The notes below the pieces were generated by a model that was not told the origin of the DNA, searched no databases, and saw only the letters and a list, made by a program, of their open reading frames with translations. Below, in pieces: positions 50,835 through 60,999 of a stretch of 64,000 nt of DNA. This DNA comes from Nitrosopumilus sp. (GTDB lineage: Archaea; Thermoproteota; Nitrososphaeria; Nitrososphaerales; Nitrosopumilaceae): the NCBI GenBank assembly GCA_965224195.1, contig OZ245040.1:576001-640000 (forward strand), written 5' to 3'. The translations under genes were made by a program, and so were the position numbers. Position 1 is the stretch's first letter. Each line of letters starts with the position of its first letter.

Positions 50835-51787
50835 TTAAGACGACTTCGATTCTTTTGGAAATGAAATCAGCGTGACAAAAATACCTAATATATATAAAAA
50901 TCCAGCCAATACTAAAACTGTTATTTCGTTTGAATTTGAAATAACGTAAATTATATTTAAGATAATTGCTGGTAAAATTCCAATTGCACCAAAATTAATC
51001 GTATCTAATCTTCTAATTTTTATTTTTTCGTCTTTGGAAGAGTCCATCCAAAAATTTATTCCTATAAAAAATAATAATAACCCTGTTCCTAAAACTGTAA
51101 ATCCTAATGTCAAAAAGGTCATAGCTTTTTGTCCTACTGATTCATCGAGTAAATTTCCCAATGTTCTATTTACCCAATTTTCTCCTATTTCATTTGCATT
51201 TGTTACATTACTTGAAAGTGAATAATGTACAATACTCCCATTTTGAATTTCCATTGATACAATTGCAAAGTTAACTCCAGATTTTTGAAATGTATGTGAT
51301 TTGAATACGTTTAGTGTAAATGGTTCTTTTGTACCTTTAACATCATCGCCTTCCAAATTAAATTTTAAATGAAAAATATTTTCTACACTTATAGCTGGAA
51401 TTCGACCCATTTCATCGGTAATTTTGTAAAAATTATCTTCATTATTATTTTCAAAAAAATTCGTTGCATCTTCGTGATAAATGTGAATTATAGATTCTTT
51501 TGGAACTTCTTTTGTAACAATATGGGCCCTTATTTCCAAATTTTGCCCAACCTCTACAGGATCTCTATCTGATTGTGAAATGACTATATTTTTCATCCAA
51601 TACAACTCAACTGATTCATCTAAATCAATTTTTGAAATCTTTTCATCAGATTCTATTTGTGTTTGATTACTGTCACTGAAAATATCATTCATAGTAAAAA
51701 AAATCCTGCCATTACAAACATCCCTAATGATGAAACCAAAGCAAAACTAGCTAAACCTGATTTAATATTACTATGTGTGATTATCAT
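50835..51787 (-). pseudogene. Membrane protein, probably frameshifted after the N-terminal TM segment
   Basis: ATG 51787 gives MIITHSNIKSGLASFALVSSLGMFVMAGFF; adding one T to the T8 tract (plus-strand A8 at 51696-51703) fuses it in frame to ORF 50835-51692, which has 3 C-terminal TMs. Confidence 0.5.
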
Positions 51788-51986
51788 ATGTTATTTGATT
51801 ACCGTACCTATTTTTAAATCCAAAAACTGTCATCAGACAAGAGAAATTCCACATATTGTGGCTATGAATTTTCTAATAATATCTAAGAATTAAAAAATAG
51901 TTTGTTTTAGCCATAAAACATACGTGAAAGCTAAGAGCTTTGCAAGTATTAAAAATGTCTAAAAAAGGAAATTCTGTGATCAGATA

Positions 51987-52073
51987 CTAACCAAAATAAT
52001 GATTCATTCCAACAATCACAATAGCCATCCCCAATGCAGCATATCCAAGATTTACAATATTTTGAGGTTCCAT
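51987..52073 (-). CDS. 28-aa single-TM peptide
   Basis: Hand translation MEPQNIVNLGYAALGMAIVIVGMNHYFG. Confidence 0.35.
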   Translation of the reverse strand: MEPQNIVNLGYAALGMAIVIVGMNHYFG

Positions 52074-52162
52074 CACACCACAATAGTTAATCAAGTACTT
52101 TAGCTAGATGTTTTGTATTATTCCTAAGTGTTGGCAAACGGCTTTATCCTAGTTTTAAAACA

Positions 52163-52786
52163 TTGGAAAGCATGACATTAAAAAATGTAAAACCATCATT
52201 AAATAAGATTGCAAAGGATTTAGGATCAGTTCAAGATGCTAGGGAATTTCTATTAAAAAACACTAGAGAAATTATTATTCTATGTAGTAAATCAATCATC
52301 GCAGTCCATAAAGGAGATTTAACAACTGGAAAAAATAATCTAAAACAAGCAGAGACATTGTTAAAAAAATATAAGAAAAAAGCAACTGGCGGACTAAGGA
52401 GATATCTTATAACTCCAGAACAAGAATTTGTAGAAGCTGCATGTTTGATTGCAATTGTTGAAAAAAAAGAAATTCCTTCAGATAAAAAATTGGCAGTGAT
52501 GCCAGAATCATATGTTTTAGGATTACTGGATTGTGTAGGAGAATTGAAAAGACAGGTATTTGATAAAATTAGAATTGATGATATTGATGAAGCAACAAGA
52601 ATTTTTGAAACAATGGAAAACTTGTATCTTCAACTGTATACCTTTTCAATGTACGATAAAGTAGTAAAAGAAGCTAGAAGAAAAATTGATGTCAATAGAA
52701 TACTAGTAGATGATGTCAGATCAGTAATTACCGAAGAAAAAAGAAGAACAGAATTAATCAAAATTTTAAAGAAATTAGAGAAATAG
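52163..52786 (+). CDS. Archaeal translin/Trax-like RNA-binding protein
   Basis: RE......R.I, QEFVEA, YVLGLLD.VGELKR and RRKIDV.R. Confidence 0.85.
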   Translation: MESMTLKNVKPSLNKIAKDLGSVQDAREFLLKNTREIIILCSKSIIAVHKGDLTTGKNNLKQAETLLKKYKKKATGGLRRYLITPEQEFVEAACLIAIVEKKEIPSDKKLAVMPESYVLGLLDCVGELKRQVFDKIRIDDIDEATRIFETMENLYLQLYTFSMYDKVVKEARRKIDVNRILVDDVRSVITEEKRRTELIKILKKLEK

Positions 52787-52798
52787 GTAAACTAGTGG

Positions 52799-52883
52799 TG
52801 CGGACGATGGGATTTGAACCCACGAACTCCTGAGAGACTAGCCCCTCAAGCTAGCGCCTTTGGCCAGGCTGGGCGACGTCCGC
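52799..52883 (-). tRNA. tRNA-Leu(GAG); CCA encoded at 52798-52796
   Basis: Acceptor GCGGACG/CGTCCGC; CTAGC-TTGAGGG-GCTAG anticodon arm; long variable arm; GTGGG-TTCAAAT-CCCAT. Confidence 0.95.
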
Positions 52884-52933
52884 AAAGAAATTTTCTTGCA
52901 TGGTTTTTATAATCCTTGGTTACTTTTTCGTTT

Positions 52934-53170
52934 GTGTTAATTCCTGTTAGATGTTTAACGTGTGGAAAATTAATTGCTGATAAATTTGAAGATTATCAAA
53001 ATAAAATTAAAGCAGGAGAAGATCCTACAAAAACTCTCAATTCTTTAGGTCTTGAGAGATATTGTTGTAGAAGAATGCTTTTGACTACTGTAGAAACAAT
53101 ACAACAAGTAATTCCATTTTACGAAGCAATTCAGAGAAGAAAACAAGAAGTTCAATCTGAGTTAGAATAA
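52934..53170 (+). CDS. rpoN: DNA-directed RNA polymerase subunit N (Rpo10)
   Basis: IPVRC.TCGK and RYCCRRM; start set at GTG 52934. Confidence 0.95.
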   Translation: MLIPVRCLTCGKLIADKFEDYQNKIKAGEDPTKTLNSLGLERYCCRRMLLTTVETIQQVIPFYEAIQRRKQEVQSELE

Positions 53171-53171
53171 C

Positions 53172-54410
53172 TTGGCTAAAATATCCTCAATTGAAGGACG
53201 TATTCTATACAATAGTAGAGGTAGCAAAACAGTTGAAATTGATATTAAATCAGACAACAAATTTATCGGAAGAGTATGTGCACCATCAGGTGCTAGTGTA
53301 GGAAAATACGAAGCAGTCAGTTTTCCAAATGAAAACCCTGAGGAAAGTCTCAAAATACTCAAAGATAATTCTCAAAAATTTATTGGGTTAGAATCATCAG
53401 ATCTTAAAGGAATTCATGAGGTTCTAAAAGAATTAGACGGGACTGCAAATTATTCAGTAATAGGAGGAGCATTGGCGTTTGCTGTAACAATTGCTTCAAT
53501 GGATTCAGCAGCAAAGGCATCTGTAGAGCCATTGTTTAGAATGTTGTCATCAGAATCATCGTTCAAATTTCCATTTCCATTAGGAAATATTTTAGGGGGA
53601 GGGGCACATGCAGGACCTAGAACTCCAGATATTCAAGAAATATTGATTTGTGCAACAGGCTCAAAAACTATTGAAAATGCAATTGAAACTAATTTATCAG
53701 TTCATAAAGAATTACGTCGTGTATTAGAAAAAGAAGATCCTAGCTTTACAAACGGTAAAGGCGATGAAGGTGGTTGGGCACCAAAATTAGAAAATCAAAA
53801 AGCATTGGAAATTTCTGTTAAAGCATGTGAGAACTTGGGATTTACTTTAGGAAAAGAAGTATCTTTAGGAGTTGACTTTGCATCATCAACACAATGGAAT
53901 GAAGAAAAAGGCAAGTATCTTTACAACAGAGCAGGGTTTGAAAATTCAACTGGAGAACAAATTGATTTTGCTGCAGATATTATTGAGAAATTTAAATTAA
54001 TTTATGCCGAAGATGCAGTTCATGAAGAGGCATTTGAAGACATGTCAGAATTAACAAAAAAATTTCCCAACACTCTAGTTACAGGGGATGACTTAACTGT
54101 GACAAACAAAAACATCCTAAAAAAAGCCATTGAGGTAAAATCATGTAATGCTGCAATTTTAAAAGTCAATCAAGCAGGAAGTCTTTTTGATGCCTTGGAA
54201 TTTGCTGATGAAGCAACTCAAAACAATATCAAACTAATCACATCACACAGATCTGGAGAATCTACAGATTCACAAATATCACACATTGGTATTGCTACAA
54301 AGTCAAAAATGCTCAAAGTGGGCATTGTAGGAGGAGAAAGAATAGCAAAAATCAATGAATTATTACGACTATCAGAGCATGATTTAATACGCGGTATGGC
54401 AGAGATTTAA
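53172..54410 (+). CDS. eno: Enolase
   Basis: NSRG..TVE, PSGAS.G, GDEGG, GDDL.VT, LKVNQ.G and SHRSGE. Confidence 0.95.
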   Translation: MAKISSIEGRILYNSRGSKTVEIDIKSDNKFIGRVCAPSGASVGKYEAVSFPNENPEESLKILKDNSQKFIGLESSDLKGIHEVLKELDGTANYSVIGGALAFAVTIASMDSAAKASVEPLFRMLSSESSFKFPFPLGNILGGGAHAGPRTPDIQEILICATGSKTIENAIETNLSVHKELRRVLEKEDPSFTNGKGDEGGWAPKLENQKALEISVKACENLGFTLGKEVSLGVDFASSTQWNEEKGKYLYNRAGFENSTGEQIDFAADIIEKFKLIYAEDAVHEEAFEDMSELTKKFPNTLVTGDDLTVTNKNILKKAIEVKSCNAAILKVNQAGSLFDALEFADEATQNNIKLITSHRSGESTDSQISHIGIATKSKMLKVGIVGGERIAKINELLRLSEHDLIRGMAEI

Positions 54411-54417
54411 AATCGTC

Positions 54418-55047
54418 ATGAGTGAACAAACTGAAGCAACGGACATCAAAAAGAAGGTTTTAGCTACCGGAATTAGAGTAGGCACTCAAGTTAAGACGAA
54501 ATTCATGAAACCATTCATCACTAAAGCCAGTCCTGAAGGCCTATACATGCTTGATTTAGACATCACACTAGAAAAAATTAAAACAGCAGCCAAATTCATC
54601 AATAGATTAGGTACTGAAAACCTCATAGTATGTTCAGGTAGACAATATGCAGAAACGCCAATTGAAAAATTTTGTGAAAGTTTAGGTTCTAAAAAATTGC
54701 TAAACAGATTCATGCCAGGTACGCTAACAAATCCATCATTACCATATTACATTGAACCAAAATTAGTTTTAATTTCAGATCCTCAAGTAGATGAACAAGC
54801 AATTATTGAAGCAACAAATGCAGGTATTCCAATTATCGGAATTGCAAACACAGACAATATCACATCTAATCTGGATGTAATAATTCCAGCAAACAACAGA
54901 GGAAGAAAAGCCCTAGCTACAGTTTACTGGTTATTGGTACGTCAAATCTTAATCGAAAGAGGAGAATTAAAAGAAGATGAACCAATGAAAGAAGAAATCG
55001 ACGATTTTGAAACAAAAATTACCGAAGAAGAAATCGACGATTTTTAG
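54418..55047 (+). CDS. rps2: 30S ribosomal protein uS2
   Basis: RFMPGTLTN, DP..D.QA..EA and IPANN.G. Confidence 0.96.
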   Translation: MSEQTEATDIKKKVLATGIRVGTQVKTKFMKPFITKASPEGLYMLDLDITLEKIKTAAKFINRLGTENLIVCSGRQYAETPIEKFCESLGSKKLLNRFMPGTLTNPSLPYYIEPKLVLISDPQVDEQAIIEATNAGIPIIGIANTDNITSNLDVIIPANNRGRKALATVYWLLVRQILIERGELKEDEPMKEEIDDFETKITEEEIDDF

Positions 55048-55064
55048 AATTTTAAAGTGTTTAA

Positions 55065-56006
55065 TTGAAATCCAAAGCTTCTGCACCAGGAAAAGTGATT
55101 CTTTTTGGAGAACATTTTGTTGTGTATGGAGTTAAAGCCATTCTTTGTGCAATTAACAAAAGAATCACGGTAACTGCTGAAAAAATTGAGGGGGGAAAAA
55201 TTTCCATTAAATCAAACATAGGGAATTTAGAATTAGAAACGGGTAAATTAATTTCTGAAATTAATTCACCATTAAAACCATTTTACTATTTAGCAAATAA
55301 AATGTTAAAAAATGAAAATACAGGAATTGAAATCATTGTCGAATCAGACATCCCATTAGGAGTAGGTCTAGGTTCATCATCTGCATGTTGTGTTGCAGGA
55401 GCTGCAGCAATTTCAAGATTATTTAAAAAAACATCAAAAGAAGAAATTCTTGCCCTATCCATAGAAGCTGAAAAAACAATTTTTGAAAATACATCAGGAG
55501 CTGATTGTACAGTTTGTACATATGGTGGAATTATGGATTATAGTAAAGAAAATGGGTTTCATAAAATAGAATCTGAACCTAATTTTCACCTAGTAATTGC
55601 AAATTCAAACATTGAACACTCCACAGAATCAGTGGTAGAAGATGTAAGAAAATTTAAAGAAAATGACGAAGTTGGATTTTCTTCATTATGTAAAATGGAA
55701 TCAAAATTAATAGAAGATGTTTTAGAATTATTGAAAGAAAATAACATCAAAAAATTAGGAACCAAAGTTAAAGAAAATCAAGAATATTTAGAGACAATAG
55801 GAATTTCAAATGAGAAACTAAGAGAAATAATCGAAATAGGGCAAACTGAATCATTTGGTTCAAAAATTACTGGTGCAGGGGGAGGAGGATGTATCTATGC
55901 TCTTACAGATGAATCAAATCTGGAACAGACCATTAACCAATTCAAAGATAAGAATTATGATTATTTTTCAGTTAAAATCGATTTTAAAGGTCTGGATACT
56001 TTTTAA
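55065..56006 (+). CDS. mvk: Mevalonate kinase
   Basis: APGKVILFGEH.VVYG, P.G.GLGSS, SGAD and K.TGAGGGGC. Confidence 0.94.
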   Translation: MKSKASAPGKVILFGEHFVVYGVKAILCAINKRITVTAEKIEGGKISIKSNIGNLELETGKLISEINSPLKPFYYLANKMLKNENTGIEIIVESDIPLGVGLGSSSACCVAGAAAISRLFKKTSKEEILALSIEAEKTIFENTSGADCTVCTYGGIMDYSKENGFHKIESEPNFHLVIANSNIEHSTESVVEDVRKFKENDEVGFSSLCKMESKLIEDVLELLKENNIKKLGTKVKENQEYLETIGISNEKLREIIEIGQTESFGSKITGAGGGGCIYALTDESNLEQTINQFKDKNYDYFSVKIDFKGLDTF

Positions 56007-56020
56007 TTGATCAGATAATT

Positions 56021-56782
56021 TTGAAAAACATGATTCTAATAAAATTAGGCGGATCCATTATTACAAATAAAGAAAAACCATTGTCTCCAAGGAAAAAAAT
56101 AATTGGAAATATATCAAAAAGTTTGAAAAAGATTAATGAACCTATAATTATTGTTCATGGAGGAGGATCATATGGACATTATTGGTCTGTAAAATATGAT
56201 ATGCATACAAAAGAAAAAAAATATAATCCAAAAGGAGTTGCAATTGTTAAAAATTCAATGATTGAATTGAATAAAATAATTCTAGATTCATTGATAAAAA
56301 ATAAAATAAATCCATACTGTCTTCCTCCAACGGATTTTATGTCTGGAAATAAACCCATTACTAAAAAAATTAAAGAAATTAAAAAAATTACAAAATCAAG
56401 ATTGATTCCAGTCACATATGGAGACGCATTATGGTTTGGACAGAATAAAACATACATTTTATCTGGAGATAAGATTATGACTCATCTTGCAAAAATTCTA
56501 AAACCCAGACTATGCATTTTTGCACTAAACGAGGACGGATTGTATTCAGATTTGAAATCAAAAAAACTGATTTATGAATTACATGATGAACGTCCATCTA
56601 TTTCTGAAAATAAAATGGATGTTACAGGTGGAATGACTAGAAAAGTCGAAGAAGCATCAAAAATTGCAAAGATGGGAATGAATGTTTTCTTTGTAAATGG
56701 TAACAAACCTGAAAGAATTGTAAAAGCGATTAAAAATAGGACGTTTGAAGGAACAATGTTTAGAGGTAAAAGAAATGTCTGA
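56021..56782 (+). CDS. ipk: Isopentenyl phosphate kinase
   Basis: KLGGS.IT.K, VHGGGSYGH, SGD and DVTGGM; located in the isoprenoid cluster. Confidence 0.88.
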   Translation: MKNMILIKLGGSIITNKEKPLSPRKKIIGNISKSLKKINEPIIIVHGGGSYGHYWSVKYDMHTKEKKYNPKGVAIVKNSMIELNKIILDSLIKNKINPYCLPPTDFMSGNKPITKKIKEIKKITKSRLIPVTYGDALWFGQNKTYILSGDKIMTHLAKILKPRLCIFALNEDGLYSDLKSKKLIYELHDERPSISENKMDVTGGMTRKVEEASKIAKMGMNVFFVNGNKPERIVKAIKNRTFEGTMFRGKRNV

Positions 56783-57419
56783 AGAATTTGTAATTTTAGT
56801 TGATGAAAATGATAATCCAATAGGGAGTGAAGAAAAGGTAAAGTGCCATTTACCAAATGGGAAACTACATCGGGCATTTACAGCATTATTATTTGATGGA
56901 GATGGCAGGCTTGTTCTAACAAGGAGATCTAAAGGGAAAATGTTATGGCCTAATGATTGGGATGGAACATTTGCAAGTCATCCAAGAGAATCAGAAACTT
57001 ATGTTTCATCAGGAGAAAGAAGAATGCCTGAAGAACTAGGAATAGAGGGAACATTAGATTATTTACATAAATTTGAATATCATGTCCCATACAAAGACGT
57101 AGGATCTGAAAATGAAATATGTGGAACATTAATTGGCATAATTGACAAGTCTACTGAATTAAAAGAAATTGAAGGTGAAATTGATGAAATTAAATGGATT
57201 TCTTCTAAAGAACTAATTGCAGAATTAAAGAAAAATCCACAAATCTATTGTCCATGGATGCTTATTGCATTAGAATTACTGGAAAAATCTGATAAATCCA
57301 TGTTCGAAAAACATGCAAATGTCTTATCTACATGGGTAAGCAGTGAAGTACATGATGAATTACAAAAAGCAATTAAAATTCATCTGCCAAATGACAAATG
57401 GAGATTAGTAAATGAATAA
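56775..57419 (+). CDS. idi: Type 1 (Nudix-fold) isopentenyl-diphosphate isomerase
   Basis: K..CH...G.LHRAF, W....ASHP, RR..EELG, ENEIC and PW; start set at MSEEF. Confidence 0.88.
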   Translation: MSEEFVILVDENDNPIGSEEKVKCHLPNGKLHRAFTALLFDGDGRLVLTRRSKGKMLWPNDWDGTFASHPRESETYVSSGERRMPEELGIEGTLDYLHKFEYHVPYKDVGSENEICGTLIGIIDKSTELKEIEGEIDEIKWISSKELIAELKKNPQIYCPWMLIALELLEKSDKSMFEKHANVLSTWVSSEVHDELQKAIKIHLPNDKWRLVNE

Positions 57420-58392
57420 AACAAAACAAATGGAACAAAATGCAAAAACAGTAAACAAGTATCTAAATTCAAAATTAAAAGGTAATCCTAAAAAACTCTA
57501 TGATGCAGCAGGACATCTAATCATTAATGGTGGAAAAAGACTAAGACCATACATGGTAATTAGAAGTTGTCAAATTTTAAAAGGTAAAGTTTCCAATGCA
57601 ATGCCTGCTGCAAGTGCAGTAGAGATGGTGCATAATTTCTCATTAGTTCATGATGATATTATGGACAATGATGAAATGCGTCATGGAGTTCCTACGGTGC
57701 ATAAAAAATTTGGTATGCCAATTGCAATTCTTGCAGGAGATGTTTTATTTTCAAAAGCATTTCAAATCATTACTGATTCAAAATTATCACCTATTGCTAC
57801 AACTCAACTAGTATCTAGACTTGCAAAAGCTTGTGTTGATATCTGTGAAGGTCAATTATTAGATGTAAAGATGGCTGAAGAAAGAAAAATTCCATCACAG
57901 GCAGAATACATTACAATGATTGGTAAAAAAACTGCAACATTGTTTGATGTATCTTGTGCAATGGGAGCTATTTGTGCAACAAATAAAGTAAAAGATATCT
58001 CAAATCTGTCATCATTTGGAAGAAATTTAGGAATCGCTTTTCAAATAACTGATGATCTAATTGGCGTTATGGGAGATCCCAAGATTACAAAAAAACCAGT
58101 AGGGAATGATTTGAGAGAAGGAAAGAAATCACTTCCAATTCTCATGGCAATAAAATCAGCAAAAAGTAATGATAAAAAGATAATCCTAAAAGCATTTGGA
58201 AATTCAAAAATATCAAAAAAGGATCTGAATAAATCTGTAGATGTCATTAGATCTTTAGGAATAGAGAAAAGTGTGAGAAAACAGGCTCTAAAATATGCTG
58301 AAAAAGCAGAAAAATCATTAGGAAATTATTCTGGATCTGCAAAAACTGAATTAATTTCATTGTTAGATTTTGTAGTAAAACGAAGTGTGTAA
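57412..58392 (+). CDS. idsA: Geranylgeranyl diphosphate synthase
   Basis: GGKRLRP, HDDIMD (FARM), GQLLD, KKTA and FQI.DD. Confidence 0.92.
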   Translation: MNKTKQMEQNAKTVNKYLNSKLKGNPKKLYDAAGHLIINGGKRLRPYMVIRSCQILKGKVSNAMPAASAVEMVHNFSLVHDDIMDNDEMRHGVPTVHKKFGMPIAILAGDVLFSKAFQIITDSKLSPIATTQLVSRLAKACVDICEGQLLDVKMAEERKIPSQAEYITMIGKKTATLFDVSCAMGAICATNKVKDISNLSSFGRNLGIAFQITDDLIGVMGDPKITKKPVGNDLREGKKSLPILMAIKSAKSNDKKIILKAFGNSKISKKDLNKSVDVIRSLGIEKSVRKQALKYAEKAEKSLGNYSGSAKTELISLLDFVVKRSV

Positions 58393-58413
58393 TTGTAATA
58401 GGTAAGAACTAAC

Positions 58414-60123
58414 ATGGATGATGAATTAAAAAAAGAAATTAGAAAAATGGCTCTTCAAAATGCTTTTGAGCATGGAGGAGAAACTAGAGATAAAATAATT
58501 TTAGGGAAAATTCTTGGAACAAAACCGGAATTTAGAAATAAAGTGAAGGAAATTTCAGGAACTATTTCTGAAATAGTATCAACAGTAAATCAGTTATCAT
58601 TAGAAGAGCAAGGAATCGAAATCAAAGAAAATTTTCCAGAAATTTTAATCCCAAAAGAAAAAATTGAAGAGAGAGAAGGTCTTCCAGAATTAAAAGATGC
58701 TGAACAAGGGAAAGTAATTACAAGATTTCCTCCAGAACCTAACGGATATCCTCACATTGGACATGCAAAAGCAGCTATCATTAATTCAGAATATGCCAAA
58801 ATGTATGGAGGAAAATTTATTCTAAGAATGGATGATACAAACCCTGAAGCTGAAAGAATGGAATATCATGCAGCCATCAAAGTGGGATTAGAATGGTTAG
58901 GAATTAAATTTGACACAGTAAAAAGTACATCAGATGACATGAAATTATTTTATGAAAAAGGAATGGAGTTAATTAATTTAGGAAAAGCATACGTTTGTAC
59001 TTGTAAAAGAGAAGATGTCAGTAAAAACAGAAGAGAGCGAAAAGCATGTAAGTGTAGTAGAGAAGACATAGATAAAAATAATAAAAATTGGGAAAAGATG
59101 AATGACAAATTTAAACCAGGAGATGCCATAGTTCGATTCCGTGGAGACATGAAAGCAGATAATGCAGTTATGCGAGATCCTGTTTTGTTTAGAATTATCG
59201 AAGGAAAACATTACACTTTAGGAGAAAAATATAGAATTTGGCCAAGTTACGATATGGCAGTAGCCATAGAAGATAGTATAGATGGTGTAACTCATGCCTA
59301 TCGTTCAAAAGAATTTGAACTCAGAAAAGAGCTAATTGATGCAATTTTAGATGCATTAAACATGAGAAAGCCGACTCAAGGCTTTTTCTCAAGATTAGAA
59401 TTCAAAGGCATGCCAATATCAAAAAGAATCATCAAACCGCTTATTGAAGAAGGGAAAGTTACATGGTATGATGATCCAAGACTACCAACTTTAGAGGCAC
59501 TACGAAGAAGAGGAATCAAACCAGAAGCAATTAGGAAATTTATCATGTCATTAGGATTAACCAAAGCAAATACTCTAGCACCGTTTGATGCACTAGAAGC
59601 ATTTAACAGAAAATTTGTAGATACAGATAGTATTAGACTATTCATGGTAAGCAATGCAAAAAAACTTTCAGTGAAAAATTTACCTGTATCTTCTGTTGAA
59701 ATCCCAAATCATCCAATAAATGATATGGGGAAAAGAACAATCGAGATTGATGGGGATTTTTACATTACAGGTGAAGATGCACAAACAATCAAAGAAGGAT
59801 CACAAATCCGCTTATTGGGTTTAGGGAATATTCACATTACAAAACAAGGAATAGAATTTGAAGGAGAATTTGTCGAAAATGGAGATACAAAAGATATACC
59901 AAAAATCCAGTGGGTACCACAAAAAACAGCACATGTAATAAAGATGATAATTCCAAAAACATTGTTTATTGGTGATGAATTTAATGAAGATAGTTTAGAA
60001 GAATTAGATGTGTATACAGAACCACATTATCTACAATTAAAAGAAGGAGAAGAAATACAATTTGTTAGATTTGGATATTGTAGAAAAGATTCTCAGAATC
60101 AAGCAATTTTTACACATAAGTGA
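58414..60123 (+). CDS. gltX: Glutamate-tRNA ligase (archaeal)
   Basis: RFPPEPNG.PHIGH, SKR, W.DPRLPT and QFVRFGY. Confidence 0.96.
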   Translation: MDDELKKEIRKMALQNAFEHGGETRDKIILGKILGTKPEFRNKVKEISGTISEIVSTVNQLSLEEQGIEIKENFPEILIPKEKIEEREGLPELKDAEQGKVITRFPPEPNGYPHIGHAKAAIINSEYAKMYGGKFILRMDDTNPEAERMEYHAAIKVGLEWLGIKFDTVKSTSDDMKLFYEKGMELINLGKAYVCTCKREDVSKNRRERKACKCSREDIDKNNKNWEKMNDKFKPGDAIVRFRGDMKADNAVMRDPVLFRIIEGKHYTLGEKYRIWPSYDMAVAIEDSIDGVTHAYRSKEFELRKELIDAILDALNMRKPTQGFFSRLEFKGMPISKRIIKPLIEEGKVTWYDDPRLPTLEALRRRGIKPEAIRKFIMSLGLTKANTLAPFDALEAFNRKFVDTDSIRLFMVSNAKKLSVKNLPVSSVEIPNHPINDMGKRTIEIDGDFYITGEDAQTIKEGSQIRLLGLGNIHITKQGIEFEGEFVENGDTKDIPKIQWVPQKTAHVIKMIIPKTLFIGDEFNEDSLEELDVYTEPHYLQLKEGEEIQFVRFGYCRKDSQNQAIFTHK

Positions 60124-60129
60124 TTTAAT

Positions 60130-60999
60130 ATGAAAATAGCACGATTGTCACATGATAATAATGAAACATACGGTTTCGTTAATGGGGACAAAGTATCCAC
60201 GAAAGATGAGATTACTTACTTGACTGGCGTCCCAATTCCTCAAAATGTTAAAGATTTTCTTTTTGATGGATGGTATGACGAAATTAAAAATAAAATTAAA
60301 GATTTACCATATGAAGAAAATATTTCAAAATACAAATTATTGCCACCGATTCCCAACCCCAACAAGATAATTTGTTTAGCATTCAATTATGTAGATCATG
60401 CTAAAGAACAGGGATTAGAAGCACCAGAAGATCCTGCATTGGTAATAAAACCTAGAACTACACTAAATAGTACAAATTCAGATATTGTATGTCCAGACTT
60501 TGTCACACAGTTAGATTATGAGGTTGAATTAGCCTTGATTATTGGTAAAAATTGTAAAAATGTAAGCATAGATGATGCATTTGATTCAATATTTGGATAT
60601 ATGATTTTCAATGATGTTTCAGCAAGAGATATTCAATTCAAAGATAAGCAATTCACGAGAGGAAAAAGCTTTGATTCTTTTGCACCATGTGGACCATGGA
60701 TAACAACAAAAGATGAAATCGAAGATCCTCAAAATCTAAAAATGACAACTAAAATCAACGGAGAATTAAGACAAAATTCTTCATCAAGTAATATGTTCAT
60801 TAAAATTCCGGAGATTGTTTCAAAAATTTCTAAAGTAATGACATTAGAAAAAGGAGACATCATCTCTACTGGAACACCTGCAGGAGTTATATTAAACAAA
60901 CCAAATGCAGTGTTTCTAAAAGATGGAGACAAAGTGGAGATGGAAATTGAAAATTTGGGAATTTTAAACAATATAATTAAAGTTGTTAAATCCGATTAA
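60130..60999 (+). CDS. Fumarylacetoacetate hydrolase family protein
   Basis: KIICL..NY..H, DYEVEL, NDVSARD.Q, KSFD and GD...TGTP.GV. Confidence 0.92.
   Translation: MKIARLSHDNNETYGFVNGDKVSTKDEITYLTGVPIPQNVKDFLFDGWYDEIKNKIKDLPYEENISKYKLLPPIPNPNKIICLAFNYVDHAKEQGLEAPEDPALVIKPRTTLNSTNSDIVCPDFVTQLDYEVELALIIGKNCKNVSIDDAFDSIFGYMIFNDVSARDIQFKDKQFTRGKSFDSFAPCGPWITTKDEIEDPQNLKMTTKINGELRQNSSSSNMFIKIPEIVSKISKVMTLEKGDIISTGTPAGVILNKPNAVFLKDGDKVEMEIENLGILNNIIKVVKSD

Larger units (their letters stand above)
48727..51942. mobile_element. Putative 3.2-kb accessory islet bounded by an 11-bp direct repeat
   Basis: TAAGAGCTTTG at 48727-48737 and 51932-51942; encloses HNH, PIN, antitoxin-like and orphan genes between core genes. 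Confidence 0.5.

Noticed and set aside
52796-52883. tRNA-Leu as the attachment site of the 48.7-51.9 kb islet
   Set aside because: I found no duplicate of its 3' end at the islet borders, and a core translin gene lies between them.
56775-57419. Type 1 IDI in an archaeon as a recent transfer
   Set aside because: Already known for this lineage and embedded in the conserved isoprenoid cluster.
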